Positions 1-10,065 of a stretch of DNA of 64,000 nt are shown one piece after another. The position numbers and the translations under genes are program-made. The notes beneath the pieces are model-generated. The model was not told the origin of the DNA, searched no databases, and saw nothing but the letters and a program-made list of their open reading frames with translations. Origin of the DNA: an uncultured Bdellovibrio sp. (GTDB taxonomy: Bacteria; Bdellovibrionota; Bdellovibrionia; Bdellovibrionales; Bdellovibrionaceae); the NCBI GenBank assembly GCA_963932905.1, contig CAWVRN010000017.1:26790-90789 (forward strand), given 5' to 3'. Each line of letters starts with the position of its first letter. The first letter of the stretch is position 1.

Positions 1-2
1 AC

Positions 3-458
3 AAGAAAGCCACCATCCTGGGCGAAGAACAATGGGCTTGGTTAGAGCGCCAATTAAGGAAGCCAGCTGATGTGCGGGTGGTTGTTTCTAGTATTCAGTT
101 CGTAGCGGAAGAGCATGGGTTTGAAAAGTGGGCTAATTTTCCTCAGGAGAAAGAACGCTTTTTAAATCTTTTACGTCGTGTCGGTCCTAAAAATCTTTTT
201 ATCATCAGTGGTGATCGCCATAAGGGAACGATTGCTAAACAGGAAGTAAAAGGATGGGGAACTTTATATGATATCACAGCCAGTGGAATAAATCGTGTGG
301 CCGAAACCGAAGATACCGATAAATCCTATATCGGAACTCCTGCGAGAACTGAAAATTTTGGTTTGATGAAAATTAACTGGGCACATAAAAAAATTGATGT
401 TCAATTGAGAGATGCTTCAAATAAAATATTAAATAATGTGGAAATGAGAATTCGATGA
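3..458 (+). CDS. Alkaline phosphatase D (PhoD)-family phosphatase, C-terminal part (5' end outside window)
   Basis: Frame is open from window start: ILGEEQWAWLE, VVVSSIQF, EKWANFP and IISGDRH are typical PhoD-like motifs. Confidence 0.8.
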   Translation, partial: KKATILGEEQWAWLERQLRKPADVRVVVSSIQFVAEEHGFEKWANFPQEKERFLNLLRRVGPKNLFIISGDRHKGTIAKQEVKGWGTLYDITASGINRVAETEDTDKSYIGTPARTENFGLMKINWAHKKIDVQLRDASNKILNNVEMRIR

Positions 459-739
459 TTGTCTGGCGAGGCTATGGCATTTTAGGATTATTGCTACTGG
501 GAATAGCTTCTTATTTAGTTGAGAAATTTGGACCAGAATACTCTGCATCTTTAGAAATGAGTAAGCTGAGTCAGACTTTGTTTTTGGGGGCTATCTTGAT
601 GATCCCATTTTCGGTTTGGGATTTTCTTCGCTACAGAAAAGAAAAACGAGTGGCGCACTCGATTTTCTTTGTGCCTGTCTTTGTGTTTCCGATTGTGCTA
701 GCCTTTCTAGGCTATGTGTATATTACCTATAAAAAATAG
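455..739 (+). CDS. Small hypothetical membrane protein (about 3 TM)
   Basis: 94 aa, hydrophobic segments, ATGA overlap with upstream stop. Confidence 0.65.
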   Translation: MIVWRGYGILGLLLLGIASYLVEKFGPEYSASLEMSKLSQTLFLGAILMIPFSVWDFLRYRKEKRVAHSIFFVPVFVFPIVLAFLGYVYITYKK

Positions 740-743
740 GGGA

Positions 744-1025
744 TTATTCTAAAAGTAGAATTCCGACTTTTTGGATATTCTCTTCAAGAACTTTGGACCA
801 AGCGACTTCGGCTTTCATAATTTCTAGAGGGCCGATTTTGATTTTTACTTTCGTCCCTTTTTTAATAATTTCATTGTCGGCGAACACAATCGCGCAACCT
901 GAATAGGATTCGTTTAAAATAATTGCGGTGATTGTGGGTTTGAATTCGCGTCCGGTTGCTTTTAGATCGATAAGAGCAACGGCCTGTGGATCTGGTTGGT
1001 AGCGTAGGAATTTTCTGTCAGACAT
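744..1025 (-). CDS. Stand-alone PilZ-like domain protein
   Basis: RKFLR (RxxxR) and NESYSG ((D/N)xSxxG) motifs, 93 aa. Confidence 0.75.
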   Translation of the reverse strand: MSDRKFLRYQPDPQAVALIDLKATGREFKPTITAIILNESYSGCAIVFADNEIIKKGTKVKIKIGPLEIMKAEVAWSKVLEENIQKVGILLLE

Positions 1026-1086
1026 AAAACCTCAGAACTAAAAAAGGATGTTTAAAACTCTGTATATAGGTTAGTCTAAATGCCAG

Positions 1087-1818
1087 ATGAAGCAATCTAT
1101 TCAAAACTATCCCGATGGGCTCAATACAAAAGTCATAGCGATACCAATTTTGGATGATAATTATGTTTACGTACTGACGGATGATAGTAAAAAAGCATTT
1201 ATCGTTGATCCGGGGCTTGCAGAACCTGTGATAGAAGTTATTGATGAACTGGGTCTAAAGCCAAACTACCTTTTGATTACTCATTCACATAACGATCATA
1301 TTGGAGGCGTTCGTGAAATTACGGATCGCTATTCAGGGATCAAGAAAATCGATTTTACAAACAGCACGGTGGAGCGGCAATCCTTTGAATGGAATTGTCA
1401 TTCATTCGAAGTGTTCAGAACTCCAGGCCACTGGCATGATCATATTTGCTTTTTTGAACGCCAGAATAAAATTCTATTCTGTGGCGATATTCTTTTCAGG
1501 TTTGGGTGCGGACGTATTTTTGATGGCACTTTTGATCAGTTGTACCAAAGTTTACAAAAAATTAAAAATCTACCAGATGATACGGATGTTTACTGTACAC
1601 ATGAGTATACCAAAGCCAACCTGGCCTTTTGTCTGAAACAAAAATTGGTTAAAACGACTGACTTCACAACGGATGAAAAGCAGAAAATGGATTCAGTTCC
1701 CAGTTTACCCGTGCCTTTATCTGTAGAAAAGAAATATAATCCCTTTATAAAGGCCGAATCGCTAGAAGAATTTACTCGGCTGAGAACATTGAGGAATTCG
1801 TTTCGTTATGAAAAATAA
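1087..1818 (+). CDS. gloB: Hydroxyacylglutathione hydrolase (glyoxalase II)
   Basis: DNYVY, THSHNDHIGG, TPGH, FCGD, HEYT and EKKYNPF motifs. Confidence 0.88.
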   Translation: MKQSIQNYPDGLNTKVIAIPILDDNYVYVLTDDSKKAFIVDPGLAEPVIEVIDELGLKPNYLLITHSHNDHIGGVREITDRYSGIKKIDFTNSTVERQSFEWNCHSFEVFRTPGHWHDHICFFERQNKILFCGDILFRFGCGRIFDGTFDQLYQSLQKIKNLPDDTDVYCTHEYTKANLAFCLKQKLVKTTDFTTDEKQKMDSVPSLPVPLSVEKKYNPFIKAESLEEFTRLRTLRNSFRYEK

Positions 1819-2212
1819 TATTCGGAAAAGTATCTTTAAAAAAATTCTACTTGTGTTCGTCTTGTTTGTAATCCCGACTACGTACTATTGGTATGAAAAA
1901 GTTTTCGCCATTTCTGAATTTCAACGTGTTGGCCAGGTTAAATTTCCAATGGGTGTCTATGTAGAGTCGTGGGAAGAGACCGGCTTCACCTTACATGGTC
2001 AATTTAAAATCGAAGAAAACCAGATTGAACAATTTAAGGCGGACAATCAATTGCAGCCGGCGGTAGAAGGTGCAAAAACGATCTATGTATTAAATAGATG
2101 TTATAACGATCGCCACAATCAGATTGACCTTAAATTTGATACGACAACATTGATTGCCGATATTAAATTAGAAACTACGGATTTTGCGGGCGATCCAATC
2201 TGTGATTTGTAA
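1808..2212 (+). CDS. Hypothetical protein with N-terminal membrane anchor
   Basis: 134-aa ORF overlapping gloB stop, one hydrophobic N-terminal segment. Confidence 0.6.
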   Translation: MKNNIRKSIFKKILLVFVLFVIPTTYYWYEKVFAISEFQRVGQVKFPMGVYVESWEETGFTLHGQFKIEENQIEQFKADNQLQPAVEGAKTIYVLNRCYNDRHNQIDLKFDTTTLIADIKLETTDFAGDPICDL

Positions 2213-2578
2213 TTACTTTGCGGGGCGAGTCCAAATAAACATCATCACCAGAACAAACGAAATCGTAAAGCCGATTTTTCCAAACATAGGTATGTAAGGT
2301 TTGGGATAAATAAACAATGCACTGATCGACATCATCGTTGTGGCCATCAATTTGTATTTTGTGCGAATAACACCTTTAGCATTCCATTCTTTGATTGGTG
2401 GTCCAAAAATCCGGTGGTTCAATAACCAGGAATGCATTTTCTCTGACCCTTTGGAAAAACAAATCGCTGTCAGAATCAGGAAGGGTGTTGTTGGCAGCAG
2501 TGGAACAACGATTCCAATCACCCCAATCACCAAAAACAACCAGCCAAGAAATAAATAAAATATGCGACTCATGTACAC
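2213..2578 (-). CDS. YbaN/DUF454 family membrane protein
   Basis: GVIGIVVPLLPTTPFLIL...WLLNHRIFGP signature. Confidence 0.88.
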   Translation of the reverse strand: MYMSRIFYLFLGWLFLVIGVIGIVVPLLPTTPFLILTAICFSKGSEKMHSWLLNHRIFGPPIKEWNAKGVIRTKYKLMATTMMSISALFIYPKPYIPMFGKIGFTISFVLVMMFIWTRPAK

Positions 2579-2708
2579 CTAGTATTTAGTCAATAAAGCC
2601 CCAATAGACAACCGAGAGTTCAAATATTTAATAATTATTTGATCCCGAAGGCTCTCATCACTATGTCGATGGAAGTTGGAGTGAGCGAATCTGAATTGTT
2701 CGCCAAGG

Positions 2709-3560
2709 TTATACTGATTCTGACTTGATTTGCTTTTTAGCTTTCGACCAGAAAGCTTCTTTCTGGTCGTCGGTCAGTGTGTTCCAATCTTGATTTTCAC
2801 TTTCGACAATTTTCATCATCGTATTGAAACGATTTTCAAATTTACGATTAGCTTTTCTAAGGGCGGCTTCTGGTTCTATATTTTGATGTCGAGCCCACTG
2901 GCTCAATGAAAATAGCACATCGCCAAATTCGTCTTCCAGTGCATCGTGCAGTTTTTGTATTTCCTCGGTTGGCGCATTTTTCGAGTTATCTATTTTCTTT
3001 TTTTCGACTTGAAGTTCGTTAATTTCTTCCCAAACTTTTTTTAGCACATCATCAGAATTCGCCCAATCGAACTGCAGTTTTTGCGATTTAACACCAATTT
3101 TATGAGCACGCTGTAAGGCCGGCAGGTGAGTTGGAAAATCAAACGGACCCGCCGATTTTTTAGGTGAGTTTTTCTTTTCAGCACGTTTAATTTCTTCCCA
3201 GTTTTTCCAAACATCATCGATGCCAGAGACCTTGGTGTCCGAAAAAACATGCGGGTGTCGTCTAACAAGCTTTTCGTTAATGTTGGCTATAACGTCCTGA
3301 ATTTTAAAGGCGTTACGTTCTTCTGCCAAAGCCGCATGGAGTGCGACTTGAAATAAAACATCCCCGAGCTCGTCCTTGACCAAAGCATCGTTACCAGACT
3401 CGACGGCGTCGACGAATTCGTAAACTTCTTCAATCGCATAGGGAGTCAGTGTTTGGTGAGTTTGCTCGCGGTCCCAAGGGCACCCTTCTGGACCACGCAG
3501 TGATCTAACGATTTGCATTAGTGATTCGAAAAGGTTAAAATTATCAGGAGGTTGCGGCAT
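2709..3560 (-). CDS. mazG: Nucleoside triphosphate pyrophosphohydrolase MazG (tandem domain)
   Basis: LRGPEGCPWDREQT, EEVYE, DELGDVLFQ, KLVRRHPHVF, second EDEFGDVLF domain; start taken at ATG 3560 (ORF extends to 3596). Confidence 0.92.
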   Translation of the reverse strand: MPQPPDNFNLFESLMQIVRSLRGPEGCPWDREQTHQTLTPYAIEEVYEFVDAVESGNDALVKDELGDVLFQVALHAALAEERNAFKIQDVIANINEKLVRRHPHVFSDTKVSGIDDVWKNWEEIKRAEKKNSPKKSAGPFDFPTHLPALQRAHKIGVKSQKLQFDWANSDDVLKKVWEEINELQVEKKKIDNSKNAPTEEIQKLHDALEDEFGDVLFSLSQWARHQNIEPEAALRKANRKFENRFNTMMKIVESENQDWNTLTDDQKEAFWSKAKKQIKSESV

Positions 3561-3650
3561 ATAAATTAGACTCGATTTGGGCCCAGATTTGTCCATTTTC
3601 AGAGAAAGTTCAATATAAATCTAAGGCATTTATGCCGAAGTGTTTAACGT

Positions 3651-6107
3651 ATGGGGAATGACCAAAATAACGAAGGCGGAAATCGCGTTACGCGTTTGAA
3701 TGATCGCATCAAAGATGCCGTATCATCCAAAGCCCATTCTAAACGCCAAAACTACGAAGACCCTAGTCACAAGTATCTAGACTGGGTTCACCAATTAGGT
3801 TTAGAGAAAACTATTTTCGGCCGCTACCTGAACTGGCTAGAAACTACATTTTCTGTTCGTAAAGTTTTTACCGTTTTATTATTCTGTTTAGTTCTATCCT
3901 ACCTAATTTTCTTTCAAATCAAAATTCCACACACTTTCAAAGTCGGTGATGCTGCCTCGGTCGATATCGTATCGCCGTTGACTTTCGAAATGGTGGACGA
4001 GGTAACGACGGAAGAAAAACGCTTAAAAGCAGAATCTAATATTCCTGTTGTTTTTGACTACGACACCAATGTTTTTGATCGATTGGCGGGTAATGTCTAT
4101 CGTTCGTTCCGATACATGCGTAATCAAATGCGCGATTTGAATTGGCCACGAAGTTATACAGCTCAGCAAAAACTGATCAAGGACCTATTTACTCATAAAG
4201 CTATTTTCGAAAAAGAACTGGGTGTATCGTTAGCCGACTATTTGTTTGAGTGGTTGATTGAACACCGTTTTCATCCTCGTATCGAAAACTCATTGGTTAG
4301 AAACCTGGATCTTTGGTATGCTAAAAAAATTGCGGAATCCCCAGATCGATTTATTCCAGCTCACCAAGAAGAAGTGATCGCGCGCGTAGTTCATAAGTCC
4401 AACTCGGGTCGTGAGTTCACGATTTCCAAAAAAGATATTCTAGATTTGCAAAATCCAGATCATTTTCAATTCATTGATAAAAAAGTTCTAGAAAAAATGG
4501 ACGAATCAGATCGGGCGAATCTATTGTATCTGGCCCGAGCTTTGATTATCCCAAATCTAACCTTGAACAAGCAAGAATTAGCGTCGCGAAAAACTACAGC
4601 GCGTGAATCGATTTCTCCGGTGTTAATTACGATTAAACGAAATCAAGTTCTGGTAGCCAAAAGCCACCGTGTTCAGCCGTTCGATATGGCGGTGTTAAAA
4701 CAAATAGAAAGCATTCAGTCAGATAAAAAGAAAGATTTCATGGCGCTTGCCATGGCGTTGTTGTTGTCGGTAACAGTACTGGTATTCAGTTCTTACATCC
4801 GTCGATTCACGCAAAATAAAATTAAATTTGAAACTAAAGATATCTCGGTAATGATGATCATCATCTTGGGTGTGATCGTGCTGACGAAATTCTATATGTT
4901 CATTGCAGATGCGGCCTTTATTTCAAAGTGGGGCAGTTACTTTACGCATTCAGTATTCTTGTTCGCAGCACCAGTGGCTGCGGGTCCAATGATTGTTGGT
5001 TTGATTATTTCTTCGGGTGAATTGGTTTGGCTGTTCACGGCGTTCCTGTCGTTAAGCTTAGCTATCATGGAAGATTTTAATTTTATGTTTGTGATCGTCA
5101 GCTTGGTGGGTGGTATCGCAGCGGCGCGCGGAGTTTTAAACTGTAAAAAACGAAATGATATTTATTGGGCGGGGGTTCGTACCGGTATTATCAATGCATT
5201 ATTAGTAGCGTTCTTGATGCTCATCGCAAAAATTGAACAGGACGAAGCCTTAACGGAAGTTTATTTCGCGATCCCAGCGGCATTTCTAGGTGGTATCTTT
5301 AGTTCATTGATCACGATGATGGTAATCCCGCTTGTGGAATCATTATTCAATTATACGACGGATGTGAAACTTTTAGAATTATCTAATCTGAATCATCCGC
5401 TGCTAAAACAAATGTTGATTCAGGCGCCAGGTACCTATCATCACTCGATGATGGTCGGTAGCATGGTCGAAGCCGCGGCTGAAGAAATTGGCGCGAACCC
5501 ATTACTTGCCAAAGTGATGAGTTACTATCATGACATCGGTAAAATGGAGCACGCACGTTATTTCATCGAGAATCAAAAACCAGGTCAAAACGCTCATGAT
5601 TCGATTTCACCATTTATGAGTAAAACCCTGCTTGTGGCTCATGTGAAAGATGGTGTCGAGATGGGTATGAAGCATAAATTGGGTAAACCCATCATCGACG
5701 GCATTGTTCAACATCATGGTACAACGTTAATTTCTTTCTTTTATAATAAAGCCCTAGACCTTCGCGAAGAAGGTGATGCCGAGATTTCAGAAGAAGAGTT
5801 TCGTTATCCGGGCCCGAAACCACAGTTCAGGGAATCAGCTCTGGTGATGCTGGCCGATAGCATCGAAGCCGCAGCGCGATCGTTGGACGAGCCGACGCCA
5901 ACTCGATTGCAAAATATCGTACGTAATATTATTCAAAGAAAATTTACAGACGGTCAGTTGGATGAATGTAATTTAACGCTAAAAGATCTATCTAAGGTCG
6001 AGCAAGCCTTTGTCAAAATACTTTTGGGTATATATCATCAAAGAATAGATTACCCTAAAAGCGCAGGCGGTGGATTAGGGTATATTTCACAGTCACAGAC
6101 TAAATAG
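3651..6107 (+). CDS. 7TM-HD (HDIG) phosphohydrolase, PgpH-like cyclic di-AMP phosphodiesterase
   Basis: Large extracytoplasmic domain, multiple TMs, APGTYHHS, YYHDIGK, QHHGT, FRYPGPKP, MLADSIEAA; upstream of ybeY. Confidence 0.85.
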   Translation: MGNDQNNEGGNRVTRLNDRIKDAVSSKAHSKRQNYEDPSHKYLDWVHQLGLEKTIFGRYLNWLETTFSVRKVFTVLLFCLVLSYLIFFQIKIPHTFKVGDAASVDIVSPLTFEMVDEVTTEEKRLKAESNIPVVFDYDTNVFDRLAGNVYRSFRYMRNQMRDLNWPRSYTAQQKLIKDLFTHKAIFEKELGVSLADYLFEWLIEHRFHPRIENSLVRNLDLWYAKKIAESPDRFIPAHQEEVIARVVHKSNSGREFTISKKDILDLQNPDHFQFIDKKVLEKMDESDRANLLYLARALIIPNLTLNKQELASRKTTARESISPVLITIKRNQVLVAKSHRVQPFDMAVLKQIESIQSDKKKDFMALAMALLLSVTVLVFSSYIRRFTQNKIKFETKDISVMMIIILGVIVLTKFYMFIADAAFISKWGSYFTHSVFLFAAPVAAGPMIVGLIISSGELVWLFTAFLSLSLAIMEDFNFMFVIVSLVGGIAAARGVLNCKKRNDIYWAGVRTGIINALLVAFLMLIAKIEQDEALTEVYFAIPAAFLGGIFSSLITMMVIPLVESLFNYTTDVKLLELSNLNHPLLKQMLIQAPGTYHHSMMVGSMVEAAAEEIGANPLLAKVMSYYHDIGKMEHARYFIENQKPGQNAHDSISPFMSKTLLVAHVKDGVEMGMKHKLGKPIIDGIVQHHGTTLISFFYNKALDLREEGDAEISEEEFRYPGPKPQFRESALVMLADSIEAAARSLDEPTPTRLQNIVRNIIQRKFTDGQLDECNLTLKDLSKVEQAFVKILLGIYHQRIDYPKSAGGGLGYISQSQTK

Positions 6108-6113
6108 GGCCGT

Positions 6114-6818
6114 ATGAAATTAAATATCATTAATGATTCGGGAATGGATTTATCCGAAGATGCTTTAAACAAATGGATGAAAGGCATCGCGGTCGAACTT
6201 CAAAAAAAGAAAATCATCGACAACGAAAAAAAGGCTCTCGAAGTGTCTCTGGTTTTTCTAAATGAAAATGATGCAAAAAAATTGAATTGGAATTATCGCT
6301 GCAAAGACTATCCAACGGATATTTTAAGTTTCGGCTCTGATGATCCTACGTCAATGGGTGAGCTTGTTCTGTGTCCGCAAGTGATATCTCGTCAGGCGAA
6401 AGAACACGGTCTGAGTTTAGAAGATGAACTTGGCTACATCGTTCTTCACGGCGTGTTGCACCTGTTAGGGTACGATCATGAAAAAAGCAAAGTCGACGAA
6501 GAATTAATGATGTCGATTCAAGACGAAGTTTTTGAAAACCTAAGAAATCCAAAAGCAGCTAAAAAAGGCAAAGGCACGGCTGAAGCGCCTAAAAAAAATC
6601 TGACTGTGAAAAAAGCGGCGATTGCTAAACCGGCGGCTAAGGCAGCAGTCAAAGAAACTAAATTATCTAAACCGGCAGCGAAATCTAAGATGAAGGAAGT
6701 TAAACAAGCGGCCAAGTCAGTTGCGAAGGCCGCGTCCAAACCTGCAGCCAAAACTAAGGTAAAAGAAACAAAAGCGGCTCCCAAAACGGAACCAGCTAAA
6801 AAACAGAAAAAGAAATAG
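6114..6818 (+). CDS. ybeY: rRNA maturation RNase YbeY with Lys/Ala/Pro-rich C-terminal tail
   Basis: PTDILSF and HGVLHLLGYDH motifs; about 90-aa K/A/P tail. Confidence 0.92.
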   Translation: MKLNIINDSGMDLSEDALNKWMKGIAVELQKKKIIDNEKKALEVSLVFLNENDAKKLNWNYRCKDYPTDILSFGSDDPTSMGELVLCPQVISRQAKEHGLSLEDELGYIVLHGVLHLLGYDHEKSKVDEELMMSIQDEVFENLRNPKAAKKGKGTAEAPKKNLTVKKAAIAKPAAKAAVKETKLSKPAAKSKMKEVKQAAKSVAKAASKPAAKTKVKETKAAPKTEPAKKQKKK

Positions 6819-6941
6819 TTCAAAAAAAACAGAGCTGAAATTCTAAGCGGATTTCAGTTGTGACTCGCGTCTGTGTATTGTGACTGGCGTCAGATTCATA
6901 ATACTTTTGTCAGGAACAAAATCCTTCAGTACCGTATACCA

Positions 6942-8064
6942 ATGTCTTTAGTTACAGAAGCGATTGAAATAAAACGTAAAATTGTAGAACTTGAAAGCCT
7001 CGGAAGCGAACTCCGGGGGTATCTTTGACTTAGACAAAAAGAAAAAACGTCTCGACGAAGTCAATTTAGCGGCGGAAAACCCAGCTTTATGGGACAAGCC
7101 CGATGAAATGCAGAAAATCAATAAAGAGAAATCGCTACTGATTCGAGCCATCGAAGAGTGGGAAACGTACGACAAAAAACTTAAAGATGCTAAAACTTTG
7201 CTTGAAATGAGCGAAGAAGCGCAAGATGAACCGACCTTCCAAGAAGCCAAAAACGAAATTATCCAGATTGAAGAGTTAGGAAAAGGACTAGAGTTAAAGC
7301 GTGTGTTGAATGGTGAGTTAGATCCAAACAACACCTATCTTTCCATCAATTCAGGCGCTGGAGGAACGGAATCGTGCGACTGGGCCGAAATGTTACTTCG
7401 CATGTATTTAAAATACTGTGATCGACAGGGGTTTAAATACGAATTGATTGATCGTAATGATGGTGATGAGGCTGGATTAAAATCATGCACCATCTTAGTA
7501 GAGGGTGCTTATGCGTATGGGTACCTAAAGGCCGAAAGCGGTGTTCATCGTCTTGTGCGTATTTCGCCCTTTGATAGCAATGCTAGACGGCATACATCGT
7601 TTGCATCGGTTTTTGTCTGGGCCGAAATCGACGATGAAATTAATATCGAAGTTAAGCCGGACGATTTAAAAGTGGAAACATTCCGCGCCAGCGGTGCCGG
7701 CGGTCAGCACGTTAACCGTACGGATTCAGCCGTTCGTATGTACCATTTGCCATCGGGAATTATTGTTCAGTGCCAAACGCAACGTTCACAAATTCAGAAT
7801 CGTGAAAAAGCTTTGAAGATGTTAAAAGCACAATTGTACGAACGCGAAGTGGAAAAACGAAACAAAGAAAAAGATGAAATGAATGCGCAAAAAAAAGCGG
7901 TTGAATGGGGATCTCAAATTCGATCGTACGTTATGCATCCGTATCAAATGGTGAAAGACCATCGTACACTGCATGAAACCAGTCAGGTCCAAGACGTGAT
8001 GAATGGTGACCTACAAGGTTTCGTGATGGCGTACCTAAAATCATTAAAGGTTGCGCCTCAATGA
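6942..8064 (+). CDS. prfB: Peptide chain release factor 2, join(6942..7025,7027..8064) via programmed +1 frameshift
   Basis: 28-codon ORF1 MSLVTE...LRGYL ends CTT-TGA; +1 frame contains SPF and GGQ motifs. Confidence 0.95.
7014..7029 (+). promoter_or_regulatory. prfB autoregulatory +1 frameshift site
   Basis: CGGGGG-TAT-CTT-TGA-C: internal SD-like run, 3-nt spacer, slippery CTT TGA C. Confidence 0.95.
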
Positions 8065-9329
8065 TAAAAAATCAGTTGAAGCCATTTTTGAGAAATCCAT
8101 TGGTGTTTATCGCTTGGAAATTGTTGTTCACGCGAAAGTTTATTCTAGAGGGTTCAACCCCGCTGAGTTTGCTTGGTTTGGTCCTGGGTGTCGCCTGCCT
8201 GCTGGTTTCCATGGCCGTCATGAGCGGTTTTGAAGCAACCTTGAAGAAAACCATGACGGATGTCACGGGCCATATTCAGGTGATCGATAAAAACAAATCG
8301 AAGCCATTTTGGAAAGATTTTGAAAATGAACTTAAAACTATTGAGCCAAAGCTAGAATCGACGACTCGGTTTGTGTACATTGAATCAGTATTAGCCAGTC
8401 AGGGCCAAATCGTTGGTATTTTACTTCAAGGTATCGACAGCGATCGCTATAAAAATATCATCAATCTGAATCAACGTTTGGTTGAAGGCGTGAACGATAT
8501 TAGTCCTATTTCGGAAGGAAAAACAAGAATTCCACAGGCCATGATTGGTAAAGGTATTGCTCGTCGCCTAAATATTAAAGTCGGTGACAAGATCAATGTG
8601 GTTGTTCCGATCAGTGACTCAGTAGATCCTTCGATTTTTAAACCTCAAGCGGCCGAATTTAAAGTTTCAGGTATTTTGGATTTAGGAAAGTACGAATGGA
8701 ATGAGCGCCTCATAATTACCGATATTACTTCGGCGCAAAAATTAGCGGCTATCGGTGATCGATACACAGGATTGATTATTAAGCTAAGTGATGATCGAGA
8801 TGTGCGTGGGTCTGCGTTCCGCATGGCTCAAAAATTAGGTCCGCAGTATTTGATTCGTGACTGGCGCGACGTAAATGAAAACTTGTTCGATGCCGTGGAA
8901 ATCGAACGCGTCGTTATCTTTTTCGTAATTTTAATTATCGTTATTGTGGCGGCGTTCAATATTTCGTCTACACTTTATGTAGGTGTGGTTCAGCGAAACA
9001 GCGATATTGCTATATTGAAAACTCTCGGTGTTTCAAAAAAACAAATTTTAAAAATATTCACCTTGCAGGGATTGTTTTTGGGACTCATGGGTGTCGCCAT
9101 GGGGCTGGTCTTGGGTTTTTTTCTATGTCAGGGTTTTATGATCCTGCAGAATCAATTTGAGTTAATTCCAGGCTCTGTTTATAAAATTGATAATATCATG
9201 ATCAAAATTCGATTGATTGATGTCTTTGCCATCACTTTGGCAACGTTAGTGATTTCGTTTTTTGCGACGCTGGCTCCAGCGCTGCGTAGTTCACGATTGA
9301 GTGTAGTGGAAGGACTTCGCTATGGGTAA
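8061..9329 (+). CDS. lolE: Lipoprotein-releasing ABC permease LolC/E
   Basis: VSMAVMSGFE, AAFNISSTL, DIAILKTLG, TLAPALRSS; between prfB and lolD-bamA. Confidence 0.85.
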   Translation: MIKNQLKPFLRNPLVFIAWKLLFTRKFILEGSTPLSLLGLVLGVACLLVSMAVMSGFEATLKKTMTDVTGHIQVIDKNKSKPFWKDFENELKTIEPKLESTTRFVYIESVLASQGQIVGILLQGIDSDRYKNIINLNQRLVEGVNDISPISEGKTRIPQAMIGKGIARRLNIKVGDKINVVVPISDSVDPSIFKPQAAEFKVSGILDLGKYEWNERLIITDITSAQKLAAIGDRYTGLIIKLSDDRDVRGSAFRMAQKLGPQYLIRDWRDVNENLFDAVEIERVVIFFVILIIVIVAAFNISSTLYVGVVQRNSDIAILKTLGVSKKQILKIFTLQGLFLGLMGVAMGLVLGFFLCQGFMILQNQFELIPGSVYKIDNIMIKIRLIDVFAITLATLVISFFATLAPALRSSRLSVVEGLRYG

Positions 9330-9999
9330 TGTATTACTTTCAGCTCGCAATATTTTTAAAAGTTATCCGCAAGGAAGTGGAACGTTAGATATCCTTAAAG
9401 GAGTCAGTCTAGATATTCAAGAAGGCGAAGCTATGGGTATCGTTGGCAGCAGCGGATCGGGTAAATCGACTTTATTGCAAATTTTAGGGACGTTGGATTA
9501 CCCGCAGTCCGGGGAATTAATTTACTTGGAAAAGAACCTTTTTCAACTGGACGACGAACAACTGTCGCTTTTTCGCAACCAAACCATTGGCTTTGTGTTC
9601 CAATTCCATCATTTGTTAAGTGAATTGTCGGCTTTAGAAAACGTACTTTTACCCTGCCGAATTGCCAACCAAGATATCGGGATTGCGACTCGTCAGGCGG
9701 AGGAGCTTTTGGCATTTTTGGGCTTAGGAGATCGCTTGAATCATTACCCGAATCAGCTCTCTGGTGGGGAATTACAGCGGGTGGCGATTGCTCGTGCGCT
9801 AGTCAGACAGCCGCGAATTTTGTTCGCCGATGAACCAACGGGAAACTTGGATTCCATGAATAGCTACAAGATTCAGGAGTTGTTTTTCAAGATTCGCGAG
9901 CAGCTAAAGATCGCCATTGTGGTGGTGACCCATGACCTGCATTTTGCCCAGAAATTTCCTCGAATTATGCATTTAAAAGACGGTCGTTGGGCTGAATAA
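9322..9999 (+). CDS. lolD: Lipoprotein-releasing ABC ATPase LolD
   Basis: [18 protein letters not shown] (LolD motif), [13 protein letters not shown]. Confidence 0.9.
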   Translation: MGNVLLSARNIFKSYPQGSGTLDILKGVSLDIQEGEAMGIVGSSGSGKSTLLQILGTLDYPQSGELIYLEKNLFQLDDEQLSLFRNQTIGFVFQFHHLLSELSALENVLLPCRIANQDIGIATRQAEELLAFLGLGDRLNHYPNQLSGGELQRVAIARALVRQPRILFADEPTGNLDSMNSYKIQELFFKIREQLKIAIVVVTHDLHFAQKFPRIMHLKDGRWAE

Positions 10000-10065
10000 T
10001 CCCCTTCTAACACGCCGCTTTTTTGGTTGTGACTCAACACGGAAAGGCCCTAATATCCTCAGCAC

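Noticed and set aside
2620..2642. TCAAATA-N9-TATTTGA inverted repeat upstream of the YbaN-like gene
   Set aside because: Short and nearly all A/T; poor Fur-box match; plausible by chance
6518..6823. Hydrophobic antisense ORF (also 10059-10271 and 18122-18439)
   Set aside because: Mirror translations of K/A-rich low-complexity segments
6991..7026. ORF-track N-terminus MKASEANSGGIF for RF2
   Set aside because: Artefact of the +1 frameshift; the true start is 6942
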